Positions 57,701 through 64,000 of a stretch of DNA of 64,000 nucleotides are shown here, piece after piece. The stretch comes from Candidatus Iainarchaeum sp. GTDB taxonomy: Archaea > Iainarchaeota > Iainarchaeia > Iainarchaeales > GCA-2688035. The notes under the pieces are model-generated. The model was not told where the DNA came from. It saw only the letters and a list, made by a program, of their open reading frames with translations, and ran no database searches. Position 1 is the first letter of the stretch. Each line of letters opens with the position of its first letter. The position numbers and the translations under genes were made by a program. The DNA is taken from assembly GCA_017610175.1 (NCBI GenBank), contig JAFCCO010000001.1:64001-128000 (forward strand). The letters run 5' to 3'.

Positions 57701-59838
57701 TCATCCCACTCAAAGTTAACCCATTTTGCGTCCCCTTTCACACGGTTTTCAAAGTCAACGCTGTATCCGGTGGGAGAGGTAAATGTGCTGCCTTTGAGAA
57801 CTGAGGAAACGTTTCCTGCTATCAGGTCCTTTATTACAAGCGGGTCGTTTGCAAGAAGGCTTTCGTTTCCAACGCGAAAGTGTGCGCCGCCCCTGTCATA
57901 GCCGTCTGTTTCCGGAACGGCCAGCTTGAATTTTAGGATATAACGCTGTCCGGCATTTAGTGAGCCGGCAGGCTGCATGCTTGGTGTGAATGCGCCGACA
58001 AAGTCTATTTTTGGCTCGCCTGAAATAAGTCTTGGCTCAAGCTCTGCCAAAAAGTTAACAGTTGTTTCCGGGTAAAGCTGCTTTGGCATTGTGTGGACTG
58101 TTTGGAAATTGGGGTGTTTTATAACTGCGTAAACTTTCTTGTCCGCTTTCAATGAGTAGCTTGCTGTCCCGTCCGTTAGCGGAATTTTTCCAAGGCTTGT
58201 TCCTGTTATTGAAAAGAATTCAACGTCTGATTCTGCAACACTCTGCCCTTCCTCATCAACTGCCGCAACATTTACTGTTGTTTCCCCAATAAAAAGCTCT
58301 ACAACAAAGTCGGTTACCGTTCTTATGTCAATCTTCTTTCCGTCCAATTTGTTGTCTCCGGATGAGGGGAATTTTTCAACATAGATGTAGTATGACTCTT
58401 CCTTGACTCCGATAAATTCTGCGTTCCCGTTGAAGTCCGTTATTTCGGCGTCGTAGGGTGCCAAAAAATCATTTTCAAGGAAGCGAAGCTTTACTTTTGC
58501 GTTTTCAACAGGCACTTCGTCCTCGTCAAAAACCCTTACATTAATTCTCCCGCTGTTTTCAGCAGTCATTTTCTCCATTTCCAGCTCTATTACCCCGTCA
58601 ATTTCGCCTGCGAGATCAAGTTCTCCGTAGAGGTAATCATCGTGCACGCTGTAAAGGATGTAATCGTCATCTTCCTCTATTGGGAAAATTACTGGCTCTC
58701 CTGCTTCGCCTGTTTTGCTCTCTGCAACGGTTTTGCCGTCCGCCCCAACAAGCCTTATTGCGGCGTCTGCAATTTCGGCACCTGAATCGGCATCGACCGC
58801 TGTGATTTCAAGCGTTCCCTTAATGCTTTTGCTTACCACAACGTTGACAGATTCTGTTTCGTCAACGCTAATTCTGATGTTTTCCTCGGTTGCAATTGCG
58901 TAATTCCCTGCCGTGTCCTGCACGCCCACACTGTATGTGCCCTGCACAATGTCCCTGAAAATTGTTTCACCGTAGAATTGCGTAAATTTCTCCTGTTCCT
59001 TCAATCCGTCTGCGTCAAACAGGCTTACTTTAAAGCTGACCGTGTCAAGAAGCTTTCCCTGCTTGTCCTTTATTTTTACCCTCAGGCTTCCAATTGCAGT
59101 TTCCTCTTCCTGCAGCCTCAGGGTTACAATGCTTTTGTCTAAGAGATACACATCTCCCGCAAATTCAACGGGTTCGAGGACAGTTGCCTGCATCACTCCG
59201 CAGCCTGGCGGTTCCTGCACCGTTATTGTTCCATCCCGATCCTCATCAATAACTTCCGGGGGGACAGGGGTTATTCCGCTTGAGCAGGCAAGCCTTACCC
59301 TAATTGGCTTTGATGAAATCCTTTCCCCGTTTGTGTACTGGAAAACAAGTGTTCTTTCAATGATGTCAGGCAGGCTTCTTTTAAGCTTTATCAGTTTCTC
59401 CTGCGCCCCTGTTGAGACAAGAACTGTGTCCTCAAAGGGCAAAAATTCGGTTCCGCCAATCGTAAGTGTTTTGATTCTAAGTTTTGCCTCTTCCCCTGCC
59501 GGGAGGATAAGCAGTGCTTTTCCACTGCTGTCGGTCAAAACGGTTCCGGTTAGGTCACCTGAAATGAATGTAATTTCCACGTTTGCCAAAGGGTTGCCTG
59601 CATCGTCTTCCAGCAGCACATTGACTACTCCCTGCTGGATTGTAAGCACTGGGAGAAGGAAAATCGCGCCCAGCCCAATGACTGTAACAATTAGGATTGC
59701 AAGCAGGGACGGGAAAACGCTGTCGATTGGGTCTACAACCTTGTAAATGGGAATGTAGTTGTTTAGATTGTCAAGCACGGAATAGTACTTGTCTTCAACC
59801 GAAAAGTAAAGGTCCTTTATGTTGTCAACTATTCCCAT
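51763..59838 (-). CDS. Giant (2691 aa) N-terminally anchored surface protein with carboxypeptidase-regulatory/Ig-like repeats and an internal glycine-zipper/coiled-coil insert
   Basis: TM at about aa 44-65; repeated V.D..G.P...A.V beta-sandwich starts; YCDATQF domain; acidic composition. Confidence 0.9.
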   Translation of the reverse strand: MGIVDNIKDLYFSVEDKYYSVLDNLNNYIPIYKVVDPIDSVFPSLLAILIVTVIGLGAIFLLPVLTIQQGVVNVLLEDDAGNPLANVEITFISGDLTGTVLTDSSGKALLILPAGEEAKLRIKTLTIGGTEFLPFEDTVLVSTGAQEKLIKLKRSLPDIIERTLVFQYTNGERISSKPIRVRLACSSGITPVPPEVIDEDRDGTITVQEPPGCGVMQATVLEPVEFAGDVYLLDKSIVTLRLQEEETAIGSLRVKIKDKQGKLLDTVSFKVSLFDADGLKEQEKFTQFYGETIFRDIVQGTYSVGVQDTAGNYAIATEENIRISVDETESVNVVVSKSIKGTLEITAVDADSGAEIADAAIRLVGADGKTVAESKTGEAGEPVIFPIEEDDDYILYSVHDDYLYGELDLAGEIDGVIELEMEKMTAENSGRINVRVFDEDEVPVENAKVKLRFLENDFLAPYDAEITDFNGNAEFIGVKEESYYIYVEKFPSSGDNKLDGKKIDIRTVTDFVVELFIGETTVNVAAVDEEGQSVAESDVEFFSITGTSLGKIPLTDGTASYSLKADKKVYAVIKHPNFQTVHTMPKQLYPETTVNFLAELEPRLISGEPKIDFVGAFTPSMQPAGSLNAGQRYILKFKLAVPETDGYDRGGAHFRVGNESLLANDPLVIKDLIAGNVSSVLKGSTFTSPTGYSVDFENRVKGDAKWVNFEWDDIEAANYFFGIEVRVKSQITPQTMLPMHYRAWTEVDDAIERDPYDSTLGVEESSSQKQALYAKSYFLEYYEGELAECDEDFCYSGEWILDEEEGLYIYAPYEARVNSPHVFNFIISNNSSTVYSDSELSIIGLDETFLITEYEIQDADARTITAENIRVRTVDEISLGNFTKGKTVNAKLKFKPTELGSDSFEIKVVADGKIVFQKIVSIRAVSEKNMAIEVQPLVVPSFVATPMDVTIYELVDGGQKFELQNAIVSITKSAYNRTEQSWTDTTNSLGKASFTIPASSAGTKITIRAEKPGYAAEPIELFVDANVLLFSPEQITSNLSTKDEPEANKFIEITNIIPSELELTRTNISGRFKGLLDEATMANYLGQFQGTTIEGNEVREVELVKVKLSENASEILRKAEKLEGSVWLTFENKDAGAVYDFIIPLKVNVTISGLPETEDCVVITKSKWETTTQGNAAVLEFEVQNNCMSKGKFLPLDRLVAKIDWQSDIMGNVELSLQDALSAESNIETLKPIVWSRMFEDVREEGLYYGLLTFTPLQGYLGQDAEFQVSIDGEMFTGEGTGYQKVGSSPSYIDSSIKIMNLESCVTYEGAESVVLVPGVENGSTTFVVDASNCGNTTIDFSLCRNDTGCSGGAEGGINVMPQKFSTTPTNPVQEITVMRQTIPGLYGVWVSARTPGRSFKKVKLLDVFVDMSEHDIFSLDKYEFNIKGQGNKDTAQLKNKSLSEMVTVDASACAWGMAEEQEEELFNLAGAGVGAAIGGIMGAQQALKAGQGAQKAAESVDDQAITDGGDAATKAGDAASKAAEASQTAVDSADKAVEAAEKAKETADATQKASKALETGKAAQVDTVCQAGGAVTGAAQSLTAATEGIQQATDAALDNTQDFADTAQDGLDKATEAQDMAGEAQNNYSQGQKNATPKSAGEKPPNLDAAASFFDTSGGSGGFLGFGKSGFKGSGKLAGQASDTMTDATKQGQEIITDDLGKKIPEEIASTEAEIDALTTAMNAARPPCLARSCAPGTCCPPKCVPTCPGAACEAAIDEAIVELQAFKTEQLAEMEAENEAMKTAMGSAKDTIKDTISDQLKNSIKGIDDAVPAVKNALKAAKAASKAAEGMAMASSMQKGDFWAITGTFAALGALAGGLLGGLFGADDDPCAQRVQQPLVDYIINLKEDALPLTIDRQGIAGTWNTEDAKVFGTWERQDVAVVFENTALEESEPVYGTTAFSATKHNHANPTIIPGDDGDFGPFNVPDISAETFTQRIHLKFNTKTIIDKIPPYRPESGCLQGTMFGTTGYDALPRVKLSWAWNEVSGITNESCLAENPNGIYCDATQFGIMLTKRIKILEDFLKENPVITCPDNPAMLVLEQIQAPMETHEVPSGTMGLSAIEKSVAGTTAAVAVKIENNSGFDKSGDIEIYLVAPGGISLSAGQQTCTQAAFVPAGSTETVSCGFVDLPESSGYYSARAKLISEDTINRNDVNSEVPEYFDAEYQDRTSSLTVSFLIPGTQEEGTCWLPYSTRLFDGKPALEYYLEEMDEFGEVVWTDEIQNLNDFRDYVQFKVSLMEDGYSTDFQSDFVDYYDEIAFMDAPEWFVSRGDGAFIDYFGDTSRMHFVRRYVNSTKLSNAGKYDILLKIDFENKDFTLFDTSGDPTAEIEISMYIAEEPFPNSIFYYLPFNGELGKTTSNGRVGYGLDYINAGDAFTVNSDDGILVNTEEISGSTTVSTLNTDTVFGFKNINSLASNRGMLLKIKRGSSYNENDLLFYPHYATPVMMVINKGSTDEPFSAFFELLDVDQPQEVGSSLSFWTGAGQCLDFTGIPVFEKFSNTPDREGVSGDPLAVWQYAYALDWKDAERSGDVYLKTYIYTPTNGSFALKGIAPEGLAFLTPDSALASSVELKGISTMNNNSKSARDSVAELQDLFELVEAGDVCVTDTGSETSFWWNPKTLYEMVGSYSSLSEIEEGLAADQTCIGYGS

Positions 59839-59871
59839 TCAAAAACCATTCCATTTGGATTTTAAGCCTTT

Positions 59872-62800
59872 TTAAGACGCGCCTATGCAGTCTGCTTCTG
59901 CCTTGCTTCTTTCGCCTGCAAGCTCTTCAAGGATTACCTTTGGGTTCCAGAAGAACTGGTTGCTTATCCTGTTGTCTGAACCGATTAGGCAGACCTTTCC
60001 TTCGCTTACAAGGTCGAATACATCCTCTACCGAATCAATACTGCTTGAGCCATAGCTGTTGAACTGCATTCCGGGAACTCCGTTCAATGCAATCTGTGTG
60101 CCTATGTTGTCAACTGCGATTAAGGCCATTTCGTCTGAGTATGATCTTCTCTGCATCAGGCTGCTTGTGTTCTGTGGTGTGAAAACAACACTTTGCAGGT
60201 AGGTGTTTCCCTTCCTGATTGGGTTGCACCATTCAATTCCGTAATCCTGAATATCTGTTCCTCTTGCACAGCTTATGTTTGCCGTTACCCCTCCGTGCAC
60301 GTCCCAAGTGTTCTGCCATGCGTCAAGCATTGGGCTGTCCTCAAAGTCGCGGCAGTTTGTTCCAACCCCGTCCCATGGGATCATCTTTGAGAATGCCGTT
60401 TCTGGGCTTCCTCCAACTTCAATAGAGTAGAATCCGTAAGCGTCCTCTCCCTCTCCGTAACCAACCTTCATCATTATTGGGGTGGCGTAGCTTGGGCTGA
60501 GCACAATATTTGTTTCGTCTGCTCCTGCCTGCACATCAAGCAGTATTCCCCTTCTGTCAATGTTCAGTCTCCTGAAGTCATCGTTGAATCCTGCGTTAAC
60601 CCATCCTCCGAATACAGGGGTGCTTGCCGCAAGGTTTGTTGAAACAACCAGGTGGTCTGATTCGCTGTTGATGCTGATTGTTTCCTCGCTTGTTTGCCTG
60701 AAATTAACTCCGTATCCCTGCCTTCCGTTAAGTGAATCCGCCCCAATCCTTCCGTCAAACGGCAGGTAGTAGAACGGGCTGTCGGGTTCAGGCATGCTGA
60801 GCTGTGACATTCTAACCTTTACAACAGCATCAGGCTGTCCGTTTGAGAAGAATTCCCAGTTGTCGTTGTTGAATTCAACGTCAAGGGTAATTTCGTACTT
60901 TCCGGCCTGCAGCGGTGAGTGCGGTGCCTGTGCATAATCAAATATGAAGTTGTCCCCGCTTGAGAAATATTTTCCAAAGCTGTCGTCTCCCTCGTAGTAC
61001 CACGCCGGGCAGTCGAAGAAGCTCTGGTGCACGCAGAACTCGTGGAAGTCGGCCCTGAAATCGTTTGTGTATGCATCTCTTATGAGGAATGCGTTGAATT
61101 TCAGCAGTTTTAGCATTTCTTCCTTGTCTGCACTGCTCCAGGCGTTGTTTCCTGCAACCTCTGTTGCCTCAAGGAACTGCTTGAACCTTAGGGTTGTGTA
61201 TGGCTCGCATTCCTCTATTCCAAGCTCTCCCATTATTAGCGTTGTGCTTATGCTGTCTGAGTCCTCGTCATTGTTTTCGCAGTCCGGGCAAAGCGTTGGC
61301 ACGATTATTGCCTCTGTTTTGTATGACCCTGCCGGCACTCCCGTGAACAGGCAGTCAACTATTTCCCTGCTTATGAGCTCAATTTCCTTTGTGCAGCTTT
61401 TTACAAGCGCGTCTGTTTCCGCGTTCTTTATGTTAATTGTTACCTCAACCGCCATTGCCTTGTTGTTGTTGCTTTCAACGGTTGCAAATATGTTTGCGTC
61501 GTTGTTGACCTTTCTTGCCTGGATTTTTGTTAGTGCGACATCTGCAACTGTTGAAATGATTGGCCTTTCTTTTACAGATGAGGCGCTTCCCGGGCTTGGG
61601 CAGTCAAACGGTTTGTTTTCCTGGATGAATTCCTGCAGTTTCTTTACCTTGCGTAGCAATTCAATGCTGAACTGTGTTGCATCACAGTATATGTAATCGT
61701 CATTTCCCTCGTCGCAGGTATCAATGTTTATGCTGTCCCAGTCCCATTTGAACAAAACCTTTGGAACTGCCGCTTTCCCTGTGACCCCAACTTTGGTTCC
61801 AAGCTTGCAGTTCGGAATTGGCCCCGGCTCTTTCTGCGCTTCAAGCGGGTTGAAGGCGTTGAGCTGTATCTTGAATCTTTGTGAGTATGCGTCCCTTGAC
61901 TCTTCCTCAATTTCTTCAGGCCTTGTTTCTTCGTCAAACTCATATTCGGTCACATAATTGATCCTTTCACCGCTTACTTTCAGTGTCCTATAAATTGGTG
62001 TTGCAGGGTCAGGCTGCACAACCCCTGTTGTGTTAATAACGTCAAGCCTTGTGTATTCCACATTGAGCCTTTCGTTTTCGCGGTTTGGCTCGGTGTATGA
62101 TTCGTCCCGCAGTTGTACTATTATGTCCTCGCTTGGCACTTCCTCTATTGTGGTTTCGGTTTCCTCACCTTCTCCCTCAATAGTGAGCAATGCCCCTGGC
62201 AGGAACAGTTCTGCGGTGTGAACCTCAATGTCCCTCAAAATCTCTGTGAATGTAAATGTTCCGTCTTCCTGCTGTGAGTAAGCCCAGAGCGTTCCCATCA
62301 AAAAGCCCTGAATGCCCCAGCTTGCAAAGCTTGGCGGGCCCATTATTCCCTTTGCAATTCCACCAACCATTCCGCCCATCATGCCCTGTCCAATTCCTGA
62401 ACCGATCGACTGCGCTGCGCCTGTTGCAAGGCCTGTTGGCCCTAGGATTGGCTCGTCTGATGGGGCGGCATAATCAGTTCTTGGGAGTTGTGGTTGTTCA
62501 ACAGGGGGTTTTGGTTGTTCAACTGGGGCTGCTGGTTGTTGTACTGGCGGACTAACTGGTTTTGGTACAACTGCAGGGGCTGCAGGCTTGTCTCCGCCCG
62601 CTTCCAATCCTCCAAGTATTCCTTTATCTGTTATTCGGACTCCTTTTTTGTCGCGCCAGTCCTCGCCATCATAAATGTATTCTCGCCCTCCAAATGTTCT
62701 TTTAATTTCCTTGCCGCCGCCTTTTGCTGCGTCTTTTGCGGCGCCTGTAAAGAAGCTGCTTCCTTCACCCATTGCTGAGAATCCACCTGCAAGGCCCATT

Positions 62801-64000
62801 GCGAGGCCCACAATTGCGCCTGTTTTCATGGCGTCCATCCAGCTGTGCTCGTCCCATTCAACGGTTATTTCAACTGCCTTGTCGTAGCAGTTGTTGATTA
62901 CCTCTGATGTGTCAAACCCATCTGTTGCGTTTGCAGGGTCATCAAACACTTCGAACTCGTATTTTGTCAAATCAAGGCATTTGCCACTAAAGATTCTTGC
63001 CCTCACCGTTTTGACCAGTTTTTTCTGTGTCTGGTCCGAGCCCTTTGCGTAAATGTTTATTGGGTACTGTCCTGGAATGTTTCTTTCCGCATACACTTCA
63101 ATCTCTTTTGACTCGTCAGATGTCATTGAAAGGGTCCTTTTTGAAAGGGTCAGTTCTGATTCAAGTGTTATTTGGGTCTGTGGCCCGCAGTTTCCAAGTG
63201 TTTCAATGTTGAATACGTCGCTTTTCCTTGGGGCAATTATCAAAACTTCCTTGTCAACGTATATGCAGTCCACAAGGTTTGCGGTGGTCAGCTCTGCCAG
63301 AAGCTTGTCTGTTAAAAGCTGCACTTTTGCGTCCGTTGGGTTGCCTGCCTGAAAGATTATTTCCGCGTTTGCTATTCCGTCTATTGCGGCGTCAGGCATG
63401 AATGAGAGTACAACCGAGATTGTTTCCCCTTCGGCAAGCCTTGCCGCAAATTTCCTGAAGTAACCGCTTCTAAGTTCTATTGCCGCCTGCTCGGTTCTTA
63501 GTTCAAATTGCCCCACACTATTGCCCTGCCATGCGACCTTTACCTCAATGTCCTTTAATTCAACAGGGTTGCCTTCTTTTGCGCAGTTGTTTTGCACTTC
63601 AAACTCAACTTCAATGGGGTTTCCTTCTGTAAAGCCCTTCCATTCCTTCTTTGTTATGCTAAAGCACGTGGGGTCTGTTACCTCGCCTCCCAATCCAATG
63701 CTTACAGTTGTTGGAACGTTAAATTCCCACAGTGAACCGTATGCGCTAAGCCCTACCTGGAGCTCTCCCTGCAGTGTTTTTGCTTCTGAAACCTGTTTTC
63801 CGGCATCGCTTAGGAATGCTTTCAGGCTGTATTCCCTTTCTGCCCCTGCCTTGATTGTTTCGCCTTCAAATGTGAAGAGCCAGTTTCTGATGCGTTCCTC
63901 GTCAAGCAAATTGCGGAACCGCCCGTCCAGTTCAAGGCTTGATATTTTAACGTCAAAGCTTGACAGGTTTTCAATTGTGAATTTCTTTTCGCCCTCTGGG
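59872..64000 (-). CDS. Giant surface protein, paralog of 51763-59838; 5' end outside the window
   Basis: Frame is open to 64000 (PEGEKKFTIEN...GRFRNLLDE aligns with ...GRFKGLLDE). It shares FEVQNNC, YCDATQF, FYYLPF.G..G....NGR.GYG, YATP.MM and F.WNPK with the paralog. Confidence 0.9.
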   Translation of the reverse strand, partial: PEGEKKFTIENLSSFDVKISSLELDGRFRNLLDEERIRNWLFTFEGETIKAGAEREYSLKAFLSDAGKQVSEAKTLQGELQVGLSAYGSLWEFNVPTTVSIGLGGEVTDPTCFSITKKEWKGFTEGNPIEVEFEVQNNCAKEGNPVELKDIEVKVAWQGNSVGQFELRTEQAAIELRSGYFRKFAARLAEGETISVVLSFMPDAAIDGIANAEIIFQAGNPTDAKVQLLTDKLLAELTTANLVDCIYVDKEVLIIAPRKSDVFNIETLGNCGPQTQITLESELTLSKRTLSMTSDESKEIEVYAERNIPGQYPINIYAKGSDQTQKKLVKTVRARIFSGKCLDLTKYEFEVFDDPANATDGFDTSEVINNCYDKAVEITVEWDEHSWMDAMKTGAIVGLAMGLAGGFSAMGEGSSFFTGAAKDAAKGGGKEIKRTFGGREYIYDGEDWRDKKGVRITDKGILGGLEAGGDKPAAPAVVPKPVSPPVQQPAAPVEQPKPPVEQPQLPRTDYAAPSDEPILGPTGLATGAAQSIGSGIGQGMMGGMVGGIAKGIMGPPSFASWGIQGFLMGTLWAYSQQEDGTFTFTEILRDIEVHTAELFLPGALLTIEGEGEETETTIEEVPSEDIIVQLRDESYTEPNRENERLNVEYTRLDVINTTGVVQPDPATPIYRTLKVSGERINYVTEYEFDEETRPEEIEEESRDAYSQRFKIQLNAFNPLEAQKEPGPIPNCKLGTKVGVTGKAAVPKVLFKWDWDSINIDTCDEGNDDYIYCDATQFSIELLRKVKKLQEFIQENKPFDCPSPGSASSVKERPIISTVADVALTKIQARKVNNDANIFATVESNNNKAMAVEVTINIKNAETDALVKSCTKEIELISREIVDCLFTGVPAGSYKTEAIIVPTLCPDCENNDEDSDSISTTLIMGELGIEECEPYTTLRFKQFLEATEVAGNNAWSSADKEEMLKLLKFNAFLIRDAYTNDFRADFHEFCVHQSFFDCPAWYYEGDDSFGKYFSSGDNFIFDYAQAPHSPLQAGKYEITLDVEFNNDNWEFFSNGQPDAVVKVRMSQLSMPEPDSPFYYLPFDGRIGADSLNGRQGYGVNFRQTSEETISINSESDHLVVSTNLAASTPVFGGWVNAGFNDDFRRLNIDRRGILLDVQAGADETNIVLSPSYATPIMMKVGYGEGEDAYGFYSIEVGGSPETAFSKMIPWDGVGTNCRDFEDSPMLDAWQNTWDVHGGVTANISCARGTDIQDYGIEWCNPIRKGNTYLQSVVFTPQNTSSLMQRRSYSDEMALIAVDNIGTQIALNGVPGMQFNSYGSSSIDSVEDVFDLVSEGKVCLIGSDNRISNQFFWNPKVILEELAGERSKAEADCIGAS

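Noticed and set aside
44957-64000. Provirus or plasmid (PolB, ATPase and tape-measure-like Ala-rich segment)
   Set aside because: PolB is a cellular type with a PIP box. No capsid, terminase, integrase or att sites were seen, and the Ala-rich segment sits inside a surface protein.

Overview
Chromosomal segment of a small-genome archaeon. Archaeal tRNAs (BHB intron, no encoded CCA), an archaeal PolB with a PIP box, type II Map and DUF2666 support an archaeon. A DPANN lineage, possibly Ca. Diapherotrites/Iainarchaeota, is my inference from gene style and was not verified by search. Contents from left to right: (i) a fermentative energy island with ADP-forming acetate-CoA ligase, FTR/thioredoxin, hypA/hycI and a complete 14-gene Mrp-Mbh [NiFe]-hydrogenase operon, followed by two disrupted ZIP transporters; (ii) surface proteins, housekeeping genes, eight minus-strand tRNAs and several very basic orphan or degenerate enzymes; (iii) an unannotated box C/D sRNA whose two guides match the tRNA-Met gene about 0.85 kb away, predicting Cm34; (iv) an amber-interrupted LAGLIDADG gene running into tRNA-Thr; (v) a truncated his cluster (hisG-E, I, H, F, A, S, plus tRNA-His; no hisB/C/D here); (vi) trkAH, map, a beta-solenoid adhesin-like protein and a PolB with His at the steric-gate Tyr; (vii) the best candidate for a new system, at about 47.4-64 kb. 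It has two paralogous giant surface proteins, each with a variable glycine-zipper insert, five small membrane proteins (three clearly paralogous, one with a possible class III signal peptide), a Walker-degenerate HerA/VirB4-like ATPase and two coiled-coil proteins. This may be a host-contact, fusion or translocation machine. No CRISPR array, rRNA or transposase was seen.
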